A stretch of 64,000 nucleotides of DNA from positions 318,494,001-318,558,000 of the forward strand of contig OZ024742.1 of the NCBI GenBank assembly GCA_964016885.1, given 5' to 3'. Positions 39,606 through 49,912 of the stretch are shown piece by piece. The first letter of the stretch is position 1. Each line of letters starts with the position of its first letter. The notes under the pieces are model-generated. The model was not told the DNA's origin, made no database searches, and worked only from the letters and a program-made list of their open reading frames with translations. The translations under genes were made by a program, and so were the position numbers. The DNA is from Eledone cirrhosa. Lineage: Eukaryota.

Positions 39606-40104
39606 GACGAGCTGATAAACTCCGACCTCACACACTTACACCTCTCCAAGACAATGTCACTGGACCGAGACCTTTGGCGGTACTCAGTAACAGAGAAGAC
39701 CCGCCTTACCTAAATACATAGTAAAACCTACTACAGCCAGTAGGCATCTCTAACAAAATACACCCCGTCCCACCACCCCCACCCCATCCACACCACCCCG
39801 TTCTATGTAAAGTTATGTTGGTGCCGCGCCATCCAGGCCGAAACAAATGAGATCGTGTAGGTGTCACGACAAAAAAACACACAGTCCACGCTGTAATGTG
39901 GCCGTGTAGGCAACACGGTAAAAACCTCCCAGACCCACACTGTAAATGTGGTTGGTGTTAGGAAGGGCATCCAACTGTAGAAAACCTGCCAGACAGTCCT
40001 ATGCGAGCAAGACAATCACTCTTGCCTCAAGTGGGAATACCCCCGTCCAAACCCATGCAAGCGTGGAACACGGACGTTAAACGTTGATGATGATGATGAT
40101 GATG
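39606..40104 (+). mobile_element. RTE LINE subfamily A, 3' fragment
   Basis: Near-identical to 12334-12840. Flanked on both sides by (TA)n-rich sequence. Confidence 0.92.
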
Positions 40105-40161
40105 TTATATATATATGTGTGTGTACACATGAATATATGTATATATATGTGTGTGTACACA

Positions 40162-40213
<52 letters not shown>

Positions 40214-40789
40214 GAGGCACATGGCTTAGTGGTTAGAGCATTGACCTTGCAATCGAAAGATTGTGAGTTCAATTCTCAGACCGGATGATGTGTTGTTTCC
40301 TTGAGCAAGACACTTTATTTTACATTGCTCCAGTTTACTCAGCTGTAGAAATGAGATGATAGGGACTGGGGTCCATATCATTCCACTGCAAAGTGGTCGT
40401 GGAGGTGCCACGGCAAAAAAGCACCCAGCACTCACTGTAAATGAGGTTGGTGTTAGGAAGGGCATCCAGCTGTAGAAATCAAGCCAGAATCAGTTCCCGT
40501 CCCACCCTTGCAAGCAGGGAAAAGCGGACGTAAAAATGATGATGATGATAATATATATTCATGTGTACACACATTTATATACATATATGCATAAAGAGAA
40601 GTTTGTAAAGAAAGATCTGCTACATCTTACAAGAGAAAAAATATATATAGATCTTTTCTATTTTTGTACTAGGTGTTGATATCGATGTTACAAGTGATAT
40701 ATTTAACACTTCATGTGTTCCTTATTTATTACTTTGGTCATTACCATATCCTTCATATACTTCTGTGTAACCATCTCCTGGTTTGTTAG

Positions 40790-41105
40790 TTTAACCATTA
40801 AAATCTACAACTCTTTCATCATGTGGCCATTAAAATCTCCAACTGTTTGACGATGTGCCTATTAAAACTTAACTGTTTGATAACAGGACCATTAAAACTC
40901 TCAACTATTTGATAATATAGGCATTACAATTTTCAGTAGTTTGATAAGGTGACTATAAAAATCCCCAGTTGGTTGATAAATTCCCAATTAAATCACCATT
41001 AAAATTTCCAATTATTTAATAACATAGCCATTAAAATTCCAAACTGTTTTAAAGAATCAAAGGTAAAGCCCGTTAAGAAGTGTATGACCTTAAACTGTTG
41101 AAAGA
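40790..41105. repeat. Degenerate tandem repeat of about 30-35 bp
   Basis: Recurring ccattaaaa..c.caactgtttga motif. Confidence 0.6.
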
Positions 41106-41559
41106 TGAAACTATATAATACAAGTTGTATATAAGATGTGGTTATGAAAACGGAAAAGGAAGAGAAAGGCAAGGACTCTAGGATCACAGAAGAATGGGAG
41201 GGGCAGGGTGATAGGCTCTAGGCTTAGGGCACAGCGGCGTTGAGGCTGCGCCCCACAGGCAATGGGTAGCAACACTCGCTGTAACAGCCACCCCACCTTG
41301 CAGGGTCCCTTCCTCAGATGGGCTGCTGACATACCGATCTTGCAGAGGAGCTCAGCAGAATGGGGTCCAATTTTGCCTGAGGTCTCAATTAAACAAACTT
41401 ATGATCAAAGGCTTTACAGGCATAACTATTTTGTCTCTTTTTTTTTTTTTTTTAGAGTACATTATCTAATGTGTGCTTCCATTTATAAGGTAGTAGGGAG
41501 ATTTTGTTGTTATTTCTAGCAGATTGAATGACCAAGGACCAAGTTTTACCATATCACCA

Positions 41560-41668
41560 CCCTGATGGTGATGATGATGTTGGTGGTGGTGATGATGGTG
41601 GTGGTGGTTGTGTTGATGATGGTGGTGATGGTGTTGGTGGTGGTGATGGTGTTGGTGGTGCTGGTGAT
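41560..41668. repeat. (TGG/TGA)n trinucleotide microsatellite
   Basis: Direct inspection. A similar (CAT/CAC)n tract is at about 22512-22615, and many (TA)n/(CA)n tracts occur throughout. Confidence 0.9.
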
Positions 41669-42689
41669 ATGGCACCAGCCAGGTAGTATTTCCAGCCACC
41701 AATGACTATGTTCTACTAATTTTCTAGTTGGAAATATGAATGGAATGCAAGGAATTTAAACTAACTTAATGCAGTTGATTAAAACCTGTTTTGTAAATGT
41801 TAACTGCTGAAGGGGAAAACGTGAGGAAAGAGCATAACCAAAGACTAAAAAATGATGTTATTCAAGAAAGATTACACATATTTTCCTTGACAGAAATCTC
41901 GCTTGATGATGATGGTATGCAATGACAAAGTAATCAGTAAACTAAAGGGAAGCTAGAAGAAACCTCTTTAATAATTAAAATGACAGTCATGACACAACGA
42001 CTTCTCAAGTGCTGGGGCCACAAAAAATGTACCCAGTACACTCTAACGTAGTTGACGATAGAAAGGACAATCAACTGTAGAAACCATGCCAAAAAAAAAA
42101 AAAAAAAAGGGTCGAGAGGACTCTTAAGTTGTGTCAAGTACATGACAACTTTTTTGGTGTTGGTGATCTACATGATAAACCCACCCAGTACACTCTGTAA
42201 AGTGTCTGGTAATAGAAAGAGCATCCAGCCATAGAAAACCTCCTAAACAAAGGATCAGAGGAACTCTTCAGTTGTGTCAAAAACATAACTTCCCTAGTAC
42301 TGGTGCCACAGTAAAATGCACTTGGTTGACAATGGGAACATATATAAGCAAGATGCAGGCCCCTGGCTTGTCTGAACCATTTTAGCCAATTAAGAACACA
42401 GGTAGTAATTAGCAGAGTTATTAAAGTGAAGGACAAAGTGTATTTGTTCCACCTCTCTTAGACATGACAATCTCTCTACTGCTGGTGCCATGATAAAATG
42501 CGCTTGGTACACACTGTTAAGTGGTTGGTGATAGGAAGGGCATCCAGCTATAGAAAACTTGCAAAACAAAGGGTTGGAAGGACTCTTCAGCTGTGTCAAC
42601 AACATAACAACCTCCCTCCAATCCTGCACGAATTCAGCTACGACAACTTGATCATCAGCAGCCAATTTTAAACTTTACTGTTATGGCCT

Positions 42690-43040
42690 GAAAGACTATA
42701 ATAAACAGGAAACTGTAGATTGTGCCTTGGTGAACCCCACCTGCACATTGTTATATTCATTGTTAACTCTAACCTTTCTGACTGCACCTTTATACAATGC
42801 CTGCATTGCCCTCACTAGCCATTTATCCACCCTTAGTTTCCTAAGAGCCCACCAGATTATGGAGCAAGGTAAGTTGTTGAAAACTTTCTCATGGTCAACA
42901 AATGCTAGATGAAGGGACTTAGTCTTAGCCAAGTACTTGTCCTGCAGCTGTCTCACAAGGAATATGGCATCAAAATTACCTCTTCCTGACACAAAGCTGA
43001 ACTGCATCTCATCCAGGTTAATTCTATCCCTAATCAGATG
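42690..43040 (-). mobile_element. Older RTE RT fragment
   Basis: ORF 42696..43007 (MQFSFVSGRG...LAFVDHEKVF...WWALRKL) is homologous to the 10584 ORF. Confidence 0.8.
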
Positions 43041-43558
43041 ACAGGTGTCTGCAGTTTAGTCCACTAATTATATTCAACACCATATCTACTAAGCCAGCTA
43101 CAGCTGACTGATATTGTGTGCCTATATAAGAAACCAATTTTTCAATCAATCTATGATACACAATTAATCCAATATATGGATACCCCTAACTTGCTTTAAC
43201 TTCTGCTCTCATTGACCTATGCTTTTCTTTTGTGTTTCTATATATTATGTTGGGAGGACCCTTAAGTTGTGTCTAAGACATGACAACCTCCTTAGTGTTG
43301 GTTATCTGCACTATAAAAGCACCCAGTACATGCTGTAAAATGGTCAGTGTTTGTATAAAGCTTGCCAAACAAGTGGTTTGTACCAGGAATGGCATTCAGC
43401 TATAAAACATTGCCTCAAAATGGACTCTATGATGAGTCAGAAGCCTGGCCATATGACCTGCAAGGTTAGCCCCTATTTTACCATGGAAATGGCCTTACAA
43501 CGCTTGTTGTTATGTTGTATTTATTCATTATTCATTCCTTATCTTTTTTCTCCATCAG

Positions 43559-44299
43559 ATAGTACAAAAACAACCCACAAATCTTTAGAAGACATAGTAT
43601 CAGCAACTAAGGATGAAATTGTAAGCAAATCTTACACATTACCTAAGATTTCATCTACTAGTTTTTCTGCCTTGTACCAAAATCCAATTGCAGAAGAGAA
43701 TGCTTGTAGTAAAAAAGATATTTCTGAATCTAAAGACATTATCTCCTCAAACATCAATCCACATGCAAGTTTTGCCAACAATGTAACGAATGGTATTAAC
43801 AGTGCAAACCACTCCTTAGAAACATGTGTCTCATACAGAAAAGCCTGGGACCAATCACCACGAATTAAATTACGTCCGTCCTCATGTATTGTAATTGGAA
43901 GCTCAGACAACCCTACACATCTTGAAAGCTCTACCATAAATGATTTTACAAAGGACCTGAATTCTTCCATCATTCAACCAAAAGTAAAACGAAGACAAAG
44001 AAGAATAAAAAAGTACAGTGCCTACGACTGTGATCAAGATGCAGACTCTGAGCCTGATGTTGAAGAAAATAGAATTACACTCAAGAAGTTGCAAGAGGAT
44101 GCCTTCAAGCAAAATTTGAATAATAATTATAATTCTAAAATTCCTTTAATTCACCCCAGAGTTCCATTTGGGTTAGATCCTAAGAATAACCCAGTTGGTT
44201 CAAATTCTTCCCAGAGAGATTTTTTTGATGAGAAAGAAGGAAATGGCTTCTTTAGAGAGCACAGACGAACTGAATTGGATTTTGGTTCTAAACATCCAG
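43559..44299 (+). CDS. RAB11FIP: Rab11-FIP large disordered linker exon (741 bp)
   Basis: Core of ORF 43351..44340. Acceptor ttttctccatcag| and donor cag|gtgagt. Ser/Asn/Lys/Asp-rich. Phase 1/1. Confidence 0.88.
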
Positions 44300-46965
44300 G
44301 TGAGTATATTTATGGAGCTAATTACATTATTTTATGCTAAGGGCGGTGGATTAGCAGTATCTATAGAGCGTCAGACACCATCCTTTGCATCATAGAATTA
44401 TGGCCCTTTATGTTCTGAGTTCAAATCCTGCTGAGCTTAACTTTGCCTTTCATTCTTATGGGATCGATAAAATAAAGCACCAGTAATGCAATGGGATCGA
44501 TTTAATTGACTTTTCCCTCTCCTCAAATTGCTGGCCTTGTGCTTATAGTAGAAATCATTATTTAAAGCTATGTATTATGTATTGTGTAAGAAGTAAAATA
44601 TTATGAAAATTATGTACAAAATAGAAATGCAAAGCTGGATAAAACCTTTTGATATCAAACTGCCAGCTGGTTCTATGATACAAAGCTGTTTATTTTAAAG
44701 TGTTTAGTTTTATCTAAAAACCTTCCATCATAATTCTGTATAAGAACTTTTATTAAGTTACATTCCAAACACTTTCTTAATAATAGTAAAGTTAATTATA
44801 TTACTAAATCCTTCCAAGTTGTTGATTATTTTCAAAATAATTTGGCAATATCTTTCATAAGAAATATGGTAAGGAAAGAGTTAACACAGGTTTGTCTGTT
44901 TATTTATTTTGTAACTTTCTCTTATTACACAAATTCTTACTCTCAAGAATTTTCCAAAACTACCATACCAACAGTACACTAAGATAAATAGTTAAACTGA
45001 TAGAGATAAAAGTAACTCTTATTTATAGCTTCTCTTTTACTCTTTTCTTTTATTCTCATTTTATCCATTATGCAATCAGATAGCTGTGTGATTATGCTAG
45101 AGCTTACTTCAATTTTCCTTTTTCTAGCATTACACTTGAGAAATACTTCCATTAGATACAACACTATATATCTCAAGTTTTACCCAAGGAAAATATTTAA
45201 CTTAGCATATATTCCTATTCTGATATTGCTTTCAGTCATTCGAGTGTGGCCATGCCGGAACTGGAGCACCAGCTTAAAGGGTTTTAGTCAATCACATCAA
45301 CCCCACTACTTATTTTTAAGTCTGTTACTTATTTTATCAATTTCTATAACTGATGGGAAAAGTGTATGCTGCATGTGCTAGGAGTTCCCTGATTTATGGG
45401 CGTACCACATGAGTGATAAATGTTGAACAACAGAGAAGGCTGGAAAGAATGGAAATGGTGTGGTGGATGGACTAGAGAGAGACAAACAACGAATTGCAGA
45501 GGCAATAGAGCCAGTGATGAATGTTGTGAAAAGAAATAGCATGAGATAGATGTACCTTGTGTTGAGGAAGGATGGAAGTGATTTGGTGAGATGAATAGAG
45601 TTGTAAAGAGAAATGGAATGAGATGGTTGAGTCTTGTATTGAGGAAGGTTGAAAAGAACTAGGAGAGAGAAGTGATAGAAATTTAATGTGGAAGGAAATG
45701 GAAGAGATGGACAACCAAAAAAAAAAACATGGCTAAGGATGACAAAAGAAATAAATACCAAAGGGGAAAGATGTAGATAATATGGCAAAATGAAGAAGAT
45801 TATCATGAAAGCAACAAGGCTAACCCCTGCATCAGCAGGAAAATGATGTCTATTTGTTGAAAATATTTTAAATATGGAGAATTGGCTGTCATTAGAATGT
45901 TGGATAGAATGCTTTGCTGTATTCGTTCTGGCTTTCTGAGTTCAAATCCCAACTTGGCCTTTCAGCTGTTCAAGGTCGATAAAAAAAGTACCAATCCAGC
46001 ACTGGGGTTGATTCTTCCACTATATCTCTTTCTCCTTCTCTGGAAGAAATTTGCTGTGTTCGGACATGGAGCTCAACCAGGTTTTAAAAATCCCCAAGAA
46101 ACACCATATTTTCAAATGACTAAAGTTGGTCTTTCACAATATAATTGCTTGATCAAATTATTTTTCAAACAAGTACAATTCTGAAAATGTTTTGATAAAG
46201 TTATTAAATGCCTTGTGCCTAAATCAAAAACCGTTATTATAGAAAATGGGTGGTGGATTTAGCAGTCATTAGAGCATCAGACAACATGCTTTGTGACATA
46301 TAGTTATGTCCCTTTGCATTCTGAATTCAAATCCTACTGAGGTTAGCTTTGCCTTTCATCCTTACAGGGTTGTTAAAATAAAGCACCAGCAATGCACTGG
46401 AGTCAGTTTAACTGACTTTCCTCTCCCCTAAAATTGTTGGCCTTGTACCTAAATAAAAAACCATTATTATAAAAGAAAATAACTTCATTAAAATATTTTG
46501 TTTTTAATTCCCTGTGTATCTAGGTTTTAGAATAAATACTGCATGTCATAAAAGGCAACAAAAACAATTGGTGCCAGAAAGGATATCCAGCCATAAGACA
46601 TTGCCTCAAAAAAGGCCCTTATAGTGAGTATGTAGCTTGTAATGGAGCCCTCAAGCGCTAACCCCTATTTTAGCAGGGGTGGCCTTAACCCTTCAGCATT
46701 AACATTACTCTATTTATACTATTGTATTTTCACGGTAAAGGTTTCATCACACATAATATCGAATATGAGATTTTGATATTATTTATTTTGAGAACAATAC
46801 CTTAACATCAGTATGAGTGGCCGGTTATGGCCAGTTTGAACAGAACGAAGTGAGAGAATTCTGGTCAGTTACAGTTGGTTTAAATGCTAAAGGGTTAAAG
46901 TGCATGATGGTGTATTTTGAGTCTGTTAATACCAAATTCTTTATCAATGTCTTTTTATTATGAAG

Positions 46966-47117
46966 AACTTCATATTCCTGGATTTAAAAAACGACCAATA
47001 TCAATTAGTTTTGATGGAAGACTCTCAGATTACTCAGAAATTTTTCCTGGCTATGGTTCTGACAACCCTGTCAAGTCTGAAGATTTGGTAAGCTTATGCA
47101 GAAGCATGAATAAAGAG
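46966..47117 (+). CDS. RAB11FIP: Rab11-FIP penultimate exon leading into the FIP-RBD
   Basis: Translates LHIPGFKKRPISISFDGRLSDYSEIFPGYGSDNPVKSEDLVSLCRSMNKE with donor gag|gtaaga. The acceptor was chosen as tttattatgaag| because it gives the required phase 1, so the 5' boundary is less certain. Confidence 0.75.
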
Positions 47118-48759
47118 GTAAGAAAAACTACTTAGTGTTTCACGGTTGCTAATTAAACTGTTTGGTATTGATAGTATTTTAGTATACTAGAATTTTTTTC
47201 CATTCGCTGACACGTATGTGAATATGTGCATGTGTGTATGTGCATATGCATACATTTATATTTATGAGTGTATAAATTTAAATGCGCAAACACACAGACA
47301 CTTACAAAAATACGCACTCACAGACATACATTCACACAAACATTTACACAAACACACACATACATTTACACAAACATACACATACACTCACATACTGTAG
47401 TTTTTTCATCATCTCCTTCCTTCCTTTTACACACACAAACATTCATGCTGGTAGCAGACATAAAAAGAGAGGAGTAATATGAGGTAGTCAAACTACTCCT
47501 CTCTCTTTATGTGTTGACAGAATCGCAGAAATTTATATATAGAATACATAACGTCCTACTACTACTACATTCATCCACTTCTTTTGGGTGACATGATAAA
47601 ACCTTTACATCTCACATGATCCAACATTAACTGCCTCGGTTCTTCAGACAATTCTGTATCTTCCTCAATTACTTTTTTTTAATGTCTTGAGAGGTCTTCC
47701 CACATTAGTGGGCTCCATAGTAAACGTTTTGTAGCAGATTCGTTGCCTCTCATGACATGACCTGCATGTTGAAGATGCCTGATATGGATGGTATGGCTAA
47801 AGGGCAGGCAGTTGCTATAGAGAATTTTGTTTGTAGCATGGTCAAGAGGTTTGATGTTTTTTCTTCTTCTTAGTATTCAGGTGTAACAACCATCTTAACC
47901 TTTGACCATGATTTGCAGGAATACAGTAAGATTGATTCCACTGAAACTTTGAATAATCTAACTTTTGTTTTTAAGGTTATGTTAGAGTCCTACATGAATG
48001 TCAAAATATCTAATTTTCCCCTCACTAGGTATGTAGGGCCTTATGCTTTTCATGAGAAACCAGGGTTAACCCTTTTGTTAGCAACTCACCAGAAACATGA
48101 TTCACCAGATTCTATGATACAAAAGTGCCTATTTTAAAATGTTCATATTTAAATTAAAACCTTCCATCATAATTTTATGCAAAAAATTTCATGTTCAACA
48201 CATTAGCTAAATAATAAGAAAGCTACTTATATTACTAAGTCTCTCTAAATTGTTGGTTATTTTTCAAAATAAACTGAAAATCATAGGCAGTCATTCATTA
48301 GAAATATGGTAATGATTGGGTTAAGATGATTTTTGTGCTAGAATGGTTGTTTTTCAGGCCCTGACATGGTCAAAACCAAACAGAAAGTGGTGGAGATAAA
48401 CCAGGGAGGGATTCTTCCAACAGGAGTGAAAAGGGATTGGATTGGAATCTGTTATTAGATATTATATTTTGGTTGTGTTGTTTCTGTATGTCATAAGAAG
48501 CAACTAATAAGGTTAGCAATGGGAAGGGTATCAGGCAGTAAATCACTACCTTAAAAAGTCCCATCCAAGCATATGCAAAGATGATGATGGTGGTGATGGT
48601 GATAATGATGATAATGATCATGCCTTTCTTACTTCCAGGGGGTCAATAAGATAAAGTACCAGTTAAGTACTGGAACAATTTAATCAGCTTCCCCTTCCCC
48701 TAAATTGCTGAGCTTGTACCTAAATTAGTAAACATTTTTTTTTCTTTTTCTACTTTCAG

Positions 48760-48906
48760 GAACTAATCAGCCGGATAATTTGCCAGAAAGCTCAAATGAT
48801 TCGCAAAGATCAATATATTCGAGGCCTAGAATCATACATTGATGATCTACTGGTTGGTGTCATTGAACAAAATCCCAAAATTCTTAATAGGCAATACAAT
48901 TATTGA
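48760..48906 (+). CDS. RAB11FIP: Rab11-FIP terminal exon, Rab11-binding domain (FIP-RBD)
   Basis: Strong acceptor ttctactttcag|. Translates ELISRIICQKAQMIRKDQYIRGLESYIDDLLVGVIEQNPKILNRQYNY*, containing the LE.YID.LL..V.E..P.IL RBD signature. Confidence 0.95.
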   Translation, partial: ELISRIICQKAQMIRKDQYIRGLESYIDDLLVGVIEQNPKILNRQYNY

Positions 48907-49068
48907 TTCCATATCATTCACAATGAAATCAATCCATCAAACCCTTGCTAGCAGGAATATCAGACGTTAAATGATGAAGATGATATCTTCAGGAAAGATC
49001 TTTTTTCTTGCAGCAAAATCTCTCCCTAAATAACTTTCAGTCCTCATGTCTGTAATGTCACACTGGAG

Positions 49069-49074
49069 AATAAA
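49069..49074 (+). promoter_or_regulatory. Candidate polyadenylation signal of the Rab11-FIP gene
   Basis: First AATAAA after the stop codon, followed by T/GT-rich sequence. Further AATAAA hexamers occur near 50043 and 50230. Confidence 0.35.
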
Positions 49075-49587
49075 ACATTGTTTTTCTGTTCCAAAGTACT
49101 ATATACAATTGTACGATGCTCTGTGTAACATTGTTTTGAACAAGCAAATGGTGCATATTAAATTAATTAATCTTTATTAAATAACATCTATTTATGCTAG
49201 AACTCAATATGTATTTAAAGATTTTAAACTAGATATAGCTATTATTTTTTAACTAAAACCCTTTACACTTAATACGTCATTCTTTTCAGAGTGAACACAT
49301 TTAACTATTCCTCCATACACAGAAAAAGCAATGTTTATGATTTATAAAAGAAAACATTGTTAGTGGCTTGCCTTACTAAAGTATTATGTGATGTTTGTGA
49401 GGGTGCAGTTCACTATTACCTGCAGAAATGTCATAGATGTTTTAGTTTTCATCAAATCTTTGAAAAGGCAACACCAGCATTCTTTGTTTTAGTGTGAAAT
49501 TGAGTATGTATATCTTCTCCCCATTTCCCACCTCTTTTTAATTGATTTGTTCCTTTTGTAAATTATTTTACATGTTTCAGTTATTAG

Positions 49588-49768
49588 CAGACCTGCCAAC
49601 CTCTAAAAATTTCAAAAGTGCCCCAAAACGGGGAGAGATGAAGCAAAATGGTGAGATTTTACATAATGAAAGCTATACCCATTTTCACAAGGGAGGAGAA
49701 GACATCTTTCACCCACCCCAAAGTGGGTGGGAGATCTCCCTGTTGGACAGGGAGAGTTGACAGGTCTG
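49588..49768. mobile_element. MITE with CAGACCTGCCAAC TIR
   Basis: cagacctgccaac / gttgacaggtctg termini; second copy at 59559-59745 with a similar interior. Confidence 0.7.
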
Positions 49769-49824
49769 CATTAGACTGCAGCTGTGCTGAGGCACTGCCC
49801 TGCAAAAATAAAAAGAATTGGCTG

Positions 49825-49912
49825 TGCCCAGTGAAGGACTTGAATCCATACCCCTCAGATGCATTTATTATCATACAAAAGTCTGATGCTATACCCACAG
49901 AGCTGTACAAGC
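49825..49912 (-). pseudogene. Decayed tRNA-Lys(TTT) with a 15-nt intron at position 37/38
   Basis: Minus strand GCTTGTACAGCTCTGTGGGTATAGCATCAGACTTTTG[TATGATAATAAATGC]ATCTGAGGGGTATGGATTCAAGTCCTTCACTGGGCA, 73 nt after intron removal. Anticodon stem TCAGA/TCTGA intact, acceptor and T stems mispaired, oligo-T tract just downstream. Confidence 0.7.

Noticed and set aside
41466-41702. Poly-His ORF
   Set aside because: Translation of a trinucleotide microsatellite.
43351-43558. 5' part of the 329-aa ORF as a standalone gene start
   Set aside because: It derives from a repeat and intron sequence; a strong phase-compatible acceptor lies at 43558.
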